The notes below the pieces were generated by a model. The model was not told where the DNA came from. It saw only the letters and a program-made list of their open reading frames with translations, and searched no databases. The position numbers and the translations under genes are program-made. A DNA stretch of 62,670 nucleotides, filler included, from Dimargaris cristalligena (lineage: Eukaryota): NCBI GenBank assembly GCA_003614675.1. It is 6 parts of 6 records of this genome, joined end to end, with 100 filler letters (N's around TTAATTAATTAA, not from the genome) between each part and the next. Parts side by side here need not be neighbours in the genome. Positions count along the whole stretch, not along the records: positions 31,406 to 41,765 come from ML003193.1; positions 41,866 to 52,220 come from ML003194.1; 4 more parts are not named here. One strand, given 5' to 3'. Positions 37,904-50,694 of this stretch are shown here, piece by piece (within the stretch, counting starts at the first letter, position 1; the number at the start of each line of letters is the position of its first letter).

Positions 37904-40900
37904 ATGCTGCAGGAAGAAGAGGACCGCGTCGTAATAACCTGTAAGTCCGGCCTCTCGAGCTCATCCCACCCGCATTTCTCCACCAACAGCCATAAACCAC
38001 CCACCCATGGGGAAACGACAGATTGGGGATGGCCATTCCGCACTGGACATGAGCCCCGGGGCAATGCATACCTCTACTTACCAACTCCTTCGAACCCTAC
38101 TCGGTTATTTAGGAAGTTCAATTAACCTCTGCCCGCTCACGCCATAAAACTGTCCTACTACCATTCCCGCCTCGCACCAATAGATAAAGATGACTTTCGA
38201 ATTTGGCCATCCATAAAACACGACTTTATGTCGTATCTCCCGCTTCGCCATGTCATCTGTCGGTCGGCCCAGCGTATCCCCCTCAAATTCATCCCAGCTC
38301 TGCCGGTCCATATGATCCCCATTGCATCGGACGACCAAAAATCGAAGAGCGTGCCCAATCTTCTAACCACCGAGCCCTATCTCAACCTTTACTTTAGCCA
38401 TTGCGAGGTAAGTGTGTCCTTCACGGACCAAGACCCGCCTATCCTTTTCGAAAAAAGGCCCTTGCAGAGAGTGGACCCCCCTAGTACACTACCACACCAG
38501 CATATCCGCTTTCTAACGTTGCCAACTTAATATATTTCTATCAACAGGATGCCGACACCTATCGCCAGTTGGTCAAAGCCAAAATCCAGGAATGGCTCAA
38601 CCAAGTTAGCGGCCGTAAGAACCAGGAGTGGTTGATTGTTCACGTTACCCGACGCAGCGGCGATTCCCAGGCCAAAACCGCCACCAATAAGCTCTTCCCT
38701 CGCACTGGTTCCGTGATTGACAAAATCCGGGCCGATTTCAGCCCCAAGAAGGACGAACCCCGAATCCTTGCGCTAAATTTCAGCGACTCGGGAGGAATGG
38801 ATATGGAGTCCTGGAGCGAAGTATTTACCCGGATCAAAGAGTGTGTGGTTACTGGGTTCAATGGCCAAATTACACACTACGAGGAGGATGTGCGCCGGCT
38901 CGATGCCCAGCGCATGATGCCGGGTTGGAATTACTGCACGTTTTTCATTCTCAAGGAAAAAATGGTCCGGGCTTTCCAAATGATGGGTATGTATGATGAG
39001 GCCCTAAAGCAATACGACGAACTGGAGGCCGCCTTTTTCCAGGTTCTCAAAGACCGTACCCTGTCTTGGTTCAGTAGCTTCGGCGGTACCACCCCCGGCG
39101 ACGACAATACCAACCTGCTTGACTTTGGCAAGAAGAACTACCGGGAATTAATCCTACAGAACAAAATCACCGTGTTTGATTTCCGGATGTATCTATTCGG
39201 CCGCCAGTGCCAGCTACTTATCCAACTGCAGAAAACCCGGGAATTTCTGGAACGAGCCCGGAAATTTGTGCCTAGTTTTAAACACGCCATGCGGGAATTC
39301 GAAAAGGGCCTGTCGCCCATCTTCTTGTCCGCTTGGACATTTTCAACTTGCAAAAACGTAGTCGATGTGTGCGAATCAATACCTACCGACCCTGTCCCCA
39401 CCGACGCCCATGAATCGGCCGAAATCGCCGCCATCAAAGCCGAATTTCTGGGCAACGCCCGCATTCAACTGGATACATTAGGCATACATTTTAGTGTGCT
39501 GCCCAAGTCGTTGGAGTCAACGGTCTTGCCTAGCTCCGCATCCCTCTCCCGCCCCCGTTCCACTAATTCCCTCCCTGACGCGACCGCCGCCGATGGCGAA
39601 TCCCCACCTAAACCCGAACCCGAACAACTGGCTAAAATCAATCTAGACCGAGAGGCCATCTCCAACCCGGAACTGACCCATGGCCTCGAACAGCAAGCCA
39701 ATTTCGACAACCTCTATGTAACCATTACCAACAAGGCTATTCGGTACTGCGAGGACTGTAAACGGTTCCGGTTCGCCCAGGCGCTGCGCAGTAATTTGGC
39801 CAACCTCTACTTTTACCGGGAGGCCTATGCGGAAGCCTCGGCCATTTATGCGGCCCTCCTACCGCCCCGTACCCAGTACCCCCCGGCCTCCCCCTTGGAA
39901 GCCGCCTTCCTCAAGAACCAAATTGTGTGTCTCCACAAGCTGGGCCAGTGGGAAGCCCTCTTCCGCGCCTACCACCACCTATTGGTGGATCCGGAAACGG
40001 TCCTACGCGATACCGACCGGTTGCACTGGGGACTGGCCCTGGTGAAGTGTGCCACGCAGCTACCCCATACGCTGGAGTGGTCCGGCTCCGATTTATTTGA
40101 GATTGTGGTTCAACAGGTCTGCGACTCTTCCCCCGGTCAGTTGGGTATTACGGTCCGGGTGCTTAATCGATTGGCCTGCTCCATGTCAATCGACCAACTG
40201 CGCGTCCATATGGTGGGAGGTGATATCAGCCACGACCTCTGGTTCCGCTCCGATGCAGCCCGCCTGGACTTACTGTCCGGTGAGAACGAAGTCACTTTAT
40301 GGACCGCTGACTCCGCGCCCGGGGTATATGCAGCCGAATTCGCCGAGCTGCGGCTAGGCCAGGCCCGGTTCACCTACAAGCTCCTGCACCAAACCCCCAA
40401 AACCGTATTCCGGATCAATCCCCACCCCCTCGTTCCTCCCATTCAGGTCGACCTTCACCGCGTCCAACTTGCCCAGTGCCCCACGGTATTCACCCTGACC
40501 CTCACCGTTCCTAAAGAAGGTATCCTGGGCGGTCAATTGGAAGTCATCCCCCTGGACTATGTACACAAATCGTCCCTCCATAGTCGGTTCATTCAACCCC
40601 AAGACTCGGCCAAGATGGGCCTGGGGTCTCGTCGGGGTCGACCCGCGCGCCTTCCCACCCCCAAGGGCTATGTCTTGTGTCAGTACGTTACCCAAGGGGC
40701 CGGGACTTTCCGTATTATTACCAATGAGGCCGATGGCCCCCTCTCGGCGGGTACCAGTCCCCGGTCATCGATATCTTCCCAAAACATGGAACCCGAGCGT
40801 AGTGACGCAAACCCGTCCAATAAATCGCCCCGGGTGGTGGCCGTGGCCCCCGATGCCACTATTCTTATTCAGGGCCGCTGTTATCTAGCGGAGTCGCTGG

Positions 40901-41765
40901 CTACACCGACTGCTACTGCTCGCGAGATCTGGCTGGAACTCGACACGAAAGGCCAGATCAGCCTCCCGGCCCTGGAACCGGGTACGAGGCTTGAAATCGA
41001 CTTCCTGTCCCGGTATCCGACGACCGACCATGGCAAATGGATTACCCTGGCCCGATTCCAAATTCCCGCCCCAGCCGCCTCGGCGCTGGATAACGAAGAC
41101 CAGCCATCCCAAACCGACTTAGAACATACCCAGCGGCTAATCCACACCGTGGATATGCGCACCCCGCCCCACGTTCGTTTTGCTCTGACCCCCACGGCCG
41201 TAGAGGATTCAGGGGCCTTTCTCAAGGTGACGACTACGGCTCGGGACGACAGTCCCTTATTTTTACACGGCGTCGAAATCATTTCACGCCCCCGGTCACC
41301 GACCCACCGGGTGGCCTATCAAGTCACCGACACCCACGCTACGGACCTCTACCGTACCCTTCATCAGCCTCTGGTTGGGGGCCGGGCCTCTACTGCGGTG
41401 TTTCGACTGCGCTCGTCTAACCCGGCGGACTCCCCGGACGGAGGGGTTAGCCCAACAGAAGGCCCTTCCACCACGTTCCCCACCCCTTCCTTAGTACCCG
41501 TCTTTGCTGACCTGCCTGCGATCCAATCATCACCCCTTTACTGCCGAACCCGGTACTGTACTCTGGTGGACTTGGCCGCCCACTTGGTCCGACAGAACCT
41601 CCAGAAAGTCCTCCAAGCGCAACATCTCGATGCCCACTATCCCTTCCTGGTAAGCCTAACCGTTCGGTTCATTGACCAGGCGGCGCAGCTGGACCATTTT
41701 CTACTCACCGGACAATTGGCCTACCGACCCTTACACTTAATCCAAATCGCACCCCCGCATGCCTC
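37904..41765 (+). CDS. TRS130: TRAPP II subunit Trs130/TRAPPC10, 3'-truncated by the contig end; exons 37904-37940, 38184-38407, 38548->41765
   Basis: LPLRHVIC, PYLNLYF, DKIRADF, YEEDVRRLDAQRMMPGWNYCTFFILKE, ALKQYDELEAAF, ITVFDFRMYLFGRQ. Confidence 0.92.
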
Positions 41766-41865
41766 NNNNNNNNNNNNNNNNNNNNNNNNNNNNNNNNNNN
41801 NNNNNNNNNTTAATTAATTAANNNNNNNNNNNNNNNNNNNNNNNNNNNNNNNNNNNNNNNNNNNN
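41766..41865. other. Artificial contig linker
   Basis: N-TTAATTAATTAA-N spacer. Confidence 0.98.
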
Positions 41866-41990
41866 GAAGTTCATCCAAGCTGTATAACGAAAAATCCATT
41901 AGATGGGGCCAACATTACTGGTTAAAATGGCTACTCTTCCATACACAAATCATGTAAAATGGTATACAGCTGGCTTGAATTTCACCCATA
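41866..41990. mobile_element. MITE-like element, copy A (left end cut by contig edge)
   Basis: Ends GAAGTTCA..GCTGTATA and TATACAGC..TGAATTTCACCCATA are imperfect inverted repeats; aligns along its length with the reverse complement of 42324-42465. Confidence 0.7.
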
Positions 41991-42323
41991 TTACTTATTA
42001 TATAAGCTGATTGATCCTCTCCCAGGTGGAATACTTTTTGGAATAAATGATGCAATGCCTCTTCATTAAGTGACTATATCAAAATTATACGAGTAGCCGG
42101 CCCTGATAAGTCCAATACAGTCTAAATGGCATGGAGCATGTGGGTCATCATATGGACTGACTAGTGGCTCCCTTCCCCAATCTCTGAAATATGATATAGT
42201 ATCTTTTGTATGGATATTTATGACATATCCGTGACTGTAGGGAAATTGATAAGTATTCAGACTACTGGTAGACAAAGTCCCAGAGACATACTCACCCACC
42301 AGCTACTCTCCATTCAGGAAGTA

Positions 42324-42465
42324 TATGGGTGAAGTTCAGCTTGGTTGTATAAGGTTTTAACTGTTATGTGTGTGGGAAAATCAGTGGGATGTTTATTTTC
42401 AACCAGTAGTATTTGCCTTATCAAGTGGATTTTTCGTTATACAGCCTGGTTGAACTACTCCCATA
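42324..42465. mobile_element. MITE-like element, copy B (inverted relative to A)
   Basis: TATGGGTGAAGTTCAGCTTGGTTGTATAA ... TTATACAGCCTGGTTGAACTACTCCCATA terminal inverted repeats with TA at both ends. Confidence 0.72.
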
Positions 42466-44721
42466 TTGACTGCAACCCGTCTTACTAGCGGATAGATAGA
42501 CAAGTTACTTACTATCACCTTGGAATGGCTGGAAAGGCTCCCAGTATGAACCACTCGAAAATAGTTTGCTCATGCTTAGGCTAATTAGACCTGAAATCGT
42601 GACAAGGGATCCCAGCTTCACAAAGCAGTATTTTGTCCAACCGTCCCATTTCCCAGGTCAAAGTGCGGGTACAGTGCCAGTATATGTAATGCCTACGAGT
42701 ACCCACCTATATTTACACAAAAACCACTCGGACCATGAGTATTGGATTACTAGCATACAACGGGATAGATTGCAATATGCGCAAGACCTTAATCCTATTT
42801 AAAGGTCCCCACCGAATTGCCTACCTATTGGTATACTAAAACAGCTACTGTCTGGGGACTGCGTGATATAGGCTGATACGCCCTCTTGGAATGTATAAGG
42901 TCACAGATAAAATAATTTCCAAAACCAGCCCGTAATAAAAAGCTAAGGCGCAATTCTCATCAATTTTTTTTATAGTAAATCTACTGGCAAAATCATCAAA
43001 AATGGAATAGCCTTATGAGACAATTCACCACAGTATTTCCATATTTACTCACCGAGATATTTGGCGAGATTAAATGAAAGGTTCAGAAATTCGAGGTCAT
43101 TGGGCACATTCACATGCCCCCAAGCTATTCTATGACAAGCCCTTAAGCAAAGTGCCATACTAAATATGACTAAAAACTTGTCCATATGTTACCCTTGGAT
43201 ACTGGCCGATTTGGACATGGATCGAATGTTAGGACTCCTAACAATCTACTTCATGGCTCACTTACAATGTAAATACTGTATTTTGCCCTTGGTTTTTGTA
43301 CCATCACTTACAGTAGGTCTGCGAATGGGGTTAATTCTGTAGGACTGATGAAGGTTCATCCGGCCAATAACATAAATCATGATGTACTGAAACAATTGCC
43401 AATAAATCACCCGACAATAATTCCTGGTTGAAGTGAACGGAAAAACAGGGAAAAGGCTGATGTAAGAAGCTACAGCAGAATGTGCCGTTGGAATGGATAA
43501 GACACCATTAAGAAGATCATTGGTATCGCCCTTAGGCGACTTATTTAGAAGGTGAAGCGAACATTAATGTAGGGGGCTTATTGATTTACAAGGCAACAAA
43601 GGGTTGGTTTATGGCCAATCCCCTTGTTTTGTACTTCATTATATTGATTGGAAGAGCTGCTTTGCATTGCCGCTAAGGAGTGGGCTGCCATTGTGACAAG
43701 GTCCGATTATTCCCCTGCGAATTGGCATTGATCACATAATACACGGGACATGGATAATTCAGGAATGGCTATAATCTTTCTGATACAGGTCACTACTATC
43801 CTGTCTCTTACAGAAAAATTAGGCCTAAGATTGTGAGTATATAAAGGTGTGGACACCACCCCTCCAAAGTTCCATATCAAGTAGCTTTTCCAGTCTGATA
43901 TAGCAACTCTTACAAGCGATATATACCGATGGCCTATTCTTCGATCTCAACCACACCTTTTCCAGGCCAACAGCCCCATACTACCCATCCTTGTCTTGTC
44001 CACCACAATAAACCGGGTGGCAGGACCTCTGCAGTAATGCAGAATGAAAATCTATACAGCCGTCCCTCTTCAGGTGGCACTACCCATCCCGATATGGCAT
44101 TATATCGGGATTACGATACCCGGTGGCCACAGGCACCCATCATTCGCTGGCCACCAAATGGCGAAAATTTTCCCAGGGAATAAACATTCCCGGGATTTTT
44201 CCTTACTAATCAGCGAGTGATTTTAGCTGGTTAGCACATTCTTATATCGGTGTAAATCATTATCTTTGGATAATTTACAAATATTCCCAAGGGATATCGG
44301 CCTTTTTATATTGCACATTCAGTCTAGATTAAGAAACTTTTAATGACTGGACGGTAATTGAATCTGGCCAGCAGGGAATATTGCTTGCTATTAAACCATA
44401 TATTAAAGGCGCCCTCAGTCATTGAGAAGAGTATTATGTGGCCCATTGTATGACAGTGCTATGGCGTTGGTATCGCTCGCCATATTTCTATGTCTGGGCG
44501 CATTATTTACAGTACAATAGTCACTTTCTTATAGATATTTTGGCCATTCTAATATCTACAAACGCATTTATCCTTTGGTAAATATGTTCATTGCAATCTT
44601 TTACTGCCTCCACACAAATTCCGGGCTATTAAAATGCCAAGTTGAAGAACGACCACACCTACCTGTTAATTCATATCAACCATAAGTATAAAATTCCAGC
44701 GACCTTTTACTATTTTATTTT

Positions 44722-44725
<4 letters not shown>

Positions 44726-44754
<29 letters not shown>
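44726..44754. repeat. (TA)n microsatellite
   Basis: Perfect TA run of about 14 units; shorter runs at ~8650, ~23281, ~25377, ~47085. Confidence 0.9.
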
Positions 44755-45867
44755 CCATTTTCCATCAATTTACTGATTTACTAATATTATTGTCCACATC
44801 GCGTTCCCAAAGAATATGCATACCTTCTTTACCATGCATATCGGCCCTTCTAAATAAACACTCTTTCCTACTCCATATTGTAACATATCAACAGTATTAA
44901 CCTCTATTACACTACCCCAAGACTCTGAATAAAGACACTTCATATAAAAAAAATCATGGCTTTAAAAGTACCAAACACGCAGTATGTGACTTGGCACTAT
45001 GTTAGATTCACCAGGAGACAATTTTTAGGTTTTCATAGTCGCAGTAAATGATTTATTGTTTCCTCCTCGTGCGCTTTTTCCCATGCGTGAAAGTATAGAT
45101 GGCTTTGTAGAAGTATTTACATAACGCATATTAGAATGCCCGGCCGTTAAGCAGAATAGAATAGACCTTGTGGCCAACTTCGCACGATATTGCATTCATA
45201 TATATGTTAAAAGGTCACCGCTGCCCGGGTGTTGCCATTTCACTCTTGCGCCATTATAATAACTTTTGATATTTCAAGCTGTATATCTTTAATACTTATG
45301 TAGAGAGTCTAGGTTTCCTCATGTGGATGTCTAATTTTTTAACCTATACCATTTACTCCCGGTTATCATTCTGGGCATAGCGTCTTCGAGAAAACCCACT
45401 TTTATTGTAATGATCATTTCTTATATATAGGCATCTCTAACCACCCTTTACATACCTTTCACACGGGGGGCGTCCATTGACACCACTCTTTGAAGAATCG
45501 CATATGATTTTCCAACCGTGTTCCAACTAAGCCCAACTCGGCATGAATTATAAATCGCTTACTTCATAATCACCATAGTCGCAAATTCCAGCCGCCAGAC
45601 ATCTATCCAATCTCTACTCTATATTTATCTTTTTTAAGAAAAACAGTATAATTGGTCAATTGAGGCTATAATAAGTTTACTAGGACAGTATTTTGTCAGA
45701 CCTGGCATAAAAGTTAACCCTAATTTAATAATTCAACCCTATTCAAAGATATGCTGCCAATTTGCGAGTGTATTCGAAATGTCGCCCTTGAATCCATTTT
45801 GGCACCCATAGTATCGAATGGCAACAATGCGCCATGCCTGGCTCTTGATCACAATCTTCCCACATGC

Positions 45868-47335
45868 CTAATTTTTAGATGACAGTTGGTAGGGCTTAGG
45901 GGCCCAAATCTTCAGTACCCCTTCTGAAGTTGCTGCCTTCTCGACTATACCAAGCGGCTCGGCCAGTGCGAACGGGGCTGCGACATGTAGATCGCCACTT
46001 TTATCGAGCCACTGGTTAATATTGTCTATCATAAATGCACCCATAGTGGAGGGGTAACATGTGGTCGACTTCTTCCAGTGTTTAAGAAGATTGTCCCTGG
46101 GGACCTCTAGTTGGGCAAGATCTAACGACGTCACAACCTTACAGTAATAATCATTTAAATCATCAAACACGCGCTTGCGGGGGAGGTATTTAGCTACGTA
46201 GCCTTCCACCTCGGTGATAATGGTGGTGTTTTTTTCGAAAGCTGCCAGAGTGATGATGAGAGTAGCGTGACTTTCCATATAACCGAACAGGCTGTTTTGG
46301 ATGAATGAATAGGCGGGTAGACTATCTAGAGCCAACATGGCCTTGGTAAAAAAATTGGTGATGTCCTCGAACTGTCGGTTGCGATACATCCGCCACAGGC
46401 CAATGGTCACAATGTGGTAGCCAATGGTAATAAAATGGCTGGCACGGTCCTGCGAAGACACGGGGATACTCATTTGCAGGTTGCCGAACATATCCGGGAT
46501 TTCCATATCGGACGTGTGTATTTTTTGCGTGACAACCAACACTCGCATAATTTCCCAGAGAGTAGCGCCGGTAGCATGAGTGGCAAGCGGGAATGCCGCT
46601 CCCATCAGGTTGCCTTGAAGTTTGGCGAGGTTAAGAAACACCCGCTTATCTAGGTCAGGTCTAGTTGTCGCGCTAACGGAACTGTGCTGGCTGGAGGTTG
46701 GGCTTGGCGCCTTCTTGGACCGGAAAAGACTCCTGCTGAAAGTGCTCACAGAGCTACCCTTAATGGTGCTGATCAATTGACGTGATTGACTAACCGGGCG
46801 ACTCACGAACTTCCGCACGTTATCGCTGGCCTTATCCAGTATCACATCCCAAGTTTCTAGGCCGGCCAGAGTATTCAACCGGCGCTTGAATTCTTCCCAA
46901 ACTGCTGGATTCCCGTTAGACCCGAGATTTCGGAGTACATCCTGAAAGTTGCCCGTGGACTGTAGTTGCGGTGTATGTTAGGTATATACGAAAAAATAAA
47001 AAAGAGTCAGTGACTAAGCCCAAATTCAAATGAGCATTGGGAACGGCCATACAACCATAACCGATAACTAAATCTAAATCAATAATATATATATATATAT
47101 ATAACAATAAGTTTCAACCAACCTTTACTTTGGTATGCTTTTCGATGGTGGAGGTATCCTGGTATCCGTTAACTTGGGCCTGGTGGGGGTTTGGGGTAGC
47201 GTTGAGGTTTTCCTGCATCGACATTTGCTGGCCTTCGCCCCATCGGCGCGTGAGCTCACCGGGATAGGCGGTGGCTGTTAAAGCAAAAACAAAGAGCGAG
47301 GCCGCCCCTAACAGGGTAATCTGATATGTGACCAT
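45868..47335 (-). CDS. Orphan putative secreted protein, distant relative of 18036-19541; exons 47335-~47123, 46959-45868
   Basis: Signal peptide MVTYQITLLGAASLFVFALTATA plus Kex2-like LTRR; phase-0 donor, CCTAAC branch and CTACAG acceptor join in frame to the 336-aa ORF; TATAAAA upstream at ~47500. Confidence 0.72.
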
Positions 47336-48430
47336 TTTGTAATGAAGGTAAAGGAATGATAAACGAGAAGCACGCTCTAAAGTGGGTATAGCGAACCAAA
47401 ATAGTGAAAACAATGTTTAGAGCAGAAATATCCAAAACTCATAAAATGATAATGAATGGGGGGGAGCATGGCAAGCTGGTAAGCGAACCGGCCATTTTAT
47501 ATACAGATAAAAGAGCGGCGGGCTTGGGGATATACCATGCCGCTACGCTTGAATCATTTTTTTTTTCAAATCCACTTGATTCATTGGCCACATAATTAAG
47601 GTGGAGAGGCACTAGGTTTGGGTGGTTTGGCCACGCCTCATCTCTATAACTATGAGTTAAAACGTAGTAGTAATAGCTGGCTAGGATATTCAATTGGATT
47701 GAGGGGCCATTATTCTAAGATTGGTTGGTCTCTCGTTCCCTTTTCCTGCTACATCAAATCCAACGAATATCGGGTGAAATTATTAATTTCATATGTGTAA
47801 CCACACCACCATTCCTCCCCATTTCCCCCTTGTACGGATGTAGGCCAAATTCGAAGTACGCACACGCGCAGAAAAGGGAAATAAATCTTGAGCCCAGTTG
47901 CACTGTCTGGTTCGCGTAGGAAGAGAAAAGGAGAGAGTATGTGCAGCCTTGCTCATTCCTCTTGTATTTAACCGACGGTGCGGCAGAAAACCCCAACGCC
48001 AATCTTTAGGCCCTCCTATTTGGTAATGGCTATACGCAGCCTTCCCGCCTCGTCAGCATTGATTTACGCCACAAGTAGTACAATGTAGCTGGTGACTTCC
48101 CTGCGCTACTTCAGTTTTAAAAATATTAATATGCCTCTATACATCCATAGGAATTGCTTGGCCGTTACTAAGCATGTATAATGTTTAGTGTCTGCATTCA
48201 GCAATGCCCCTCAGGTCATTTCTGGTGTAAATATATAGGTGACCGACCAGCTTCATTCAACATATACCATACGTGTAGCCCATCTCTTATGTTCAATTTA
48301 GTATTATATATAGCTAATAAATTGCTGAAACACATGCCCTATTGTTCATATTATTATCGCCTGTTTCTGTCCAATTATGGTAGTTTATTTAATTACACTA
48401 GGTCCATTGATTCTGTAGCGCTGCTAAGTA

Positions 48431-50350
48431 CAGTCATGGCCAGCAAAAATGAGACACCCAGCCTTTGCATAAAAAAACTTACATTTCAATTTAATGTATC
48501 TACTTATATACTGAACTATTTAAAGTAAAAATAATTACATTTGAAAGCCAGGACAAAGTGGAATATGCTGATTTAATATTAGGTTAGACCACCCTTAGCA
48601 TCAATCACAGCCTGGATTCTACTTGGCATGCTCTCAAAATATGGTGCCAGGTAGGTAGTATCAATAACTTCCCATATTGAAGTAATAATGTGTTTGGCTT
48701 TATCCTGGGACCAGTAGCCTAGATACTTCTTCGCCAGATACATATTTATCTAAGCCCAGATGTGTTCTATGGAACTTAAGTCAGGACTTCAAGCAGGCTA
48801 ATACAAGATTCATATTTCTTCTTAGATAGCCATACTCTCACCATTTTGGTTGTGTGTATTGTTACATTATCCTGCTAAAATATCACTGTATAACCTTCCT
48901 TAATAAGGTTATTGTCACCTGGGTTTACCACTCTTAGTCCATTAAGAGTCCCGAGGATAGGCTTCTAATAGTGGATGGGACTTAGGATTGGTCAAGCAGG
49001 TCCTAGTACTAGATAAGGGCATGGTACTAACTAATAAAGGTTTACTGGGTGTAGGTACACACACGGGCTGTGCAGCAGGCACACTTACTAGTCAGTATAA
49101 AGGAAGTGAGCATATATAATATTTATTGGGATAAACTAAGGGGTCAGAATAAGCTAACCTATTAAACCAGTCCCAATGGGGACTGGTTATATATATACAG
49201 GGGATGCCTCCAAAGGGAGGTCCCCAGGGGGAGGTATTACTAAGACTAATGGTATGATAAATAAGCCAGCTGGATGGCCATGATGACTTGGAAGACTCTA
49301 TTAGGAACTGGAAGAGTCATTAGATTAGTACAGGAGTAATTAGTGTGAACTAAAGAGTCCAGCAGGGGAATGGTTATATAATATAGGATGATCCTATAGT
49401 ACCAGGGGTGACTATAGGAAGGTTAATATGGCACTATAAGGCCTAATAAGGGTGGGCAATTGTTATGTCCAGATTAAGTTGGATTAGGGGGGCCAACAGT
49501 TTTCAATCACCAGAATTATCTGGTCCTTTAATATAGCCAAATAGATACTGCTAACCATCTCTCTTTGCTAGATGGGCATGGTAATGGGCTTCTCTAAAAA
49601 TATGATATTAGTCTTACCAAAACTGTGGATTTCCCCCCAGACCATAAGGGATTTTCAGCTAGAATTGAATGTTAGCAGAAGGTTTTAAGGTGCATAGGCC
49701 TGACTGGGCCTTCAGAGTACTCTTTAGTTTGCATAGGTATTTCCAATCCAAAACAAACTTTCATTGAAAAAAAAGACAGATTTCCACCTTTCAATACCCT
49801 AATCTTTTCACTCTTTTTCAAAATTGAGGTTCTTGATCCAGTTGGTAGGTTATTTATACAGCTTCTTTCTTACTATCTGGGAATCTAGATTGGCCTCCTT
49901 TAATGCCCTTCAAATTATCAATTGTGATATACTCTAGCCAGGAAGACAATGGCCATAGTGCCCTGATTGGTATTAAATGGATGGGCTACTACATCTAACT
50001 AGTCTGCATTTGGCATAGTTGTTGAGGATCTTATTACAGCCCCCACATTACTTAGGAACCTTTAAGCTGGCATTGTCACTTGCTTTTATTATCCAGTAGT
50101 CTGTAGCTCACAAGGTACTAAGAATGTGCATAGTTGTTGGGACTTTTCCTCCCTCTTTAGTCATGTTGCAGATAATATCTCATTTCTTAGAGGATAAATG
50201 GATATATGACATGATAAAGAGGAGACATAAATTAATCAATTATGGTATAATATATTTAAGAAGAAAGAAACATGAATGTAGGAAATTGGGGCTCAATATG
50301 TAGCTCCCCATTACATTAATTTTTTGTCACCCCTTTTCTGGCCATGACCG
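48431..50350 (-). mobile_element. Decayed Tc1/mariner (DD34E-type) DNA transposon with TIRs and TA target duplication
   Basis: TA|CAGTCATGGCCAG.AAAA at the left end and TTTTCTGGCCATGACCG|TA at the right; minus-strand relic motifs WKSVFFFNESLF, SLMVWG, F*QDN..IHT, *PA*SPDLSSIEHIW, SMPSRIQAVIDAKGG. Confidence 0.92.
48887..49430. mobile_element. ~540-bp insertion nested inside the Tc1 transposase (solo-LTR-like or non-autonomous element); boundaries approximate
   Basis: Interrupts the transposase between the MVWG region and FQQDN; starts TGTATAACCTTCCT and ends AGGAAGGTTAATA (inverted), with an inner TGTCACC..GGTGAC inverted pair and several internal hairpins. Confidence 0.6.
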
Positions 50351-50694
50351 TAGCTTTATTAGAGCAAACATGAGTGGGATCTTATATCTTCCACTAAAAA
50401 ATTGCCATAGTATATTTGACAGCTTTACTTATTATTAAATATTAATATGTAAATGTTACTACAAATGGTAGCATAAATAATATTAAAATATAATAGCTAA
50501 TAATACACATCCAGTGAAATCAGAAGCATGAACAGAAACTAGGTGAATATAAAATTGCACAGCGATCTTTATTTATTAATCAAGTAAGGGCTTCGAAATT
50601 CAAATTCAGTGACTACCGCAGGCCTTAAACGGCTACAGGCAAGTAACATGTTGGTTTAGTAACTGGGGTTGGATGAGGTGTCGCTTGGGGATTA

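Noticed and set aside
43929..44183. 84-aa ORF downstream of a TATATAAA box with two TTHP repeats
   Set aside because: No signal peptide or recognisable motif; cannot be distinguished from a chance ORF without expression data.
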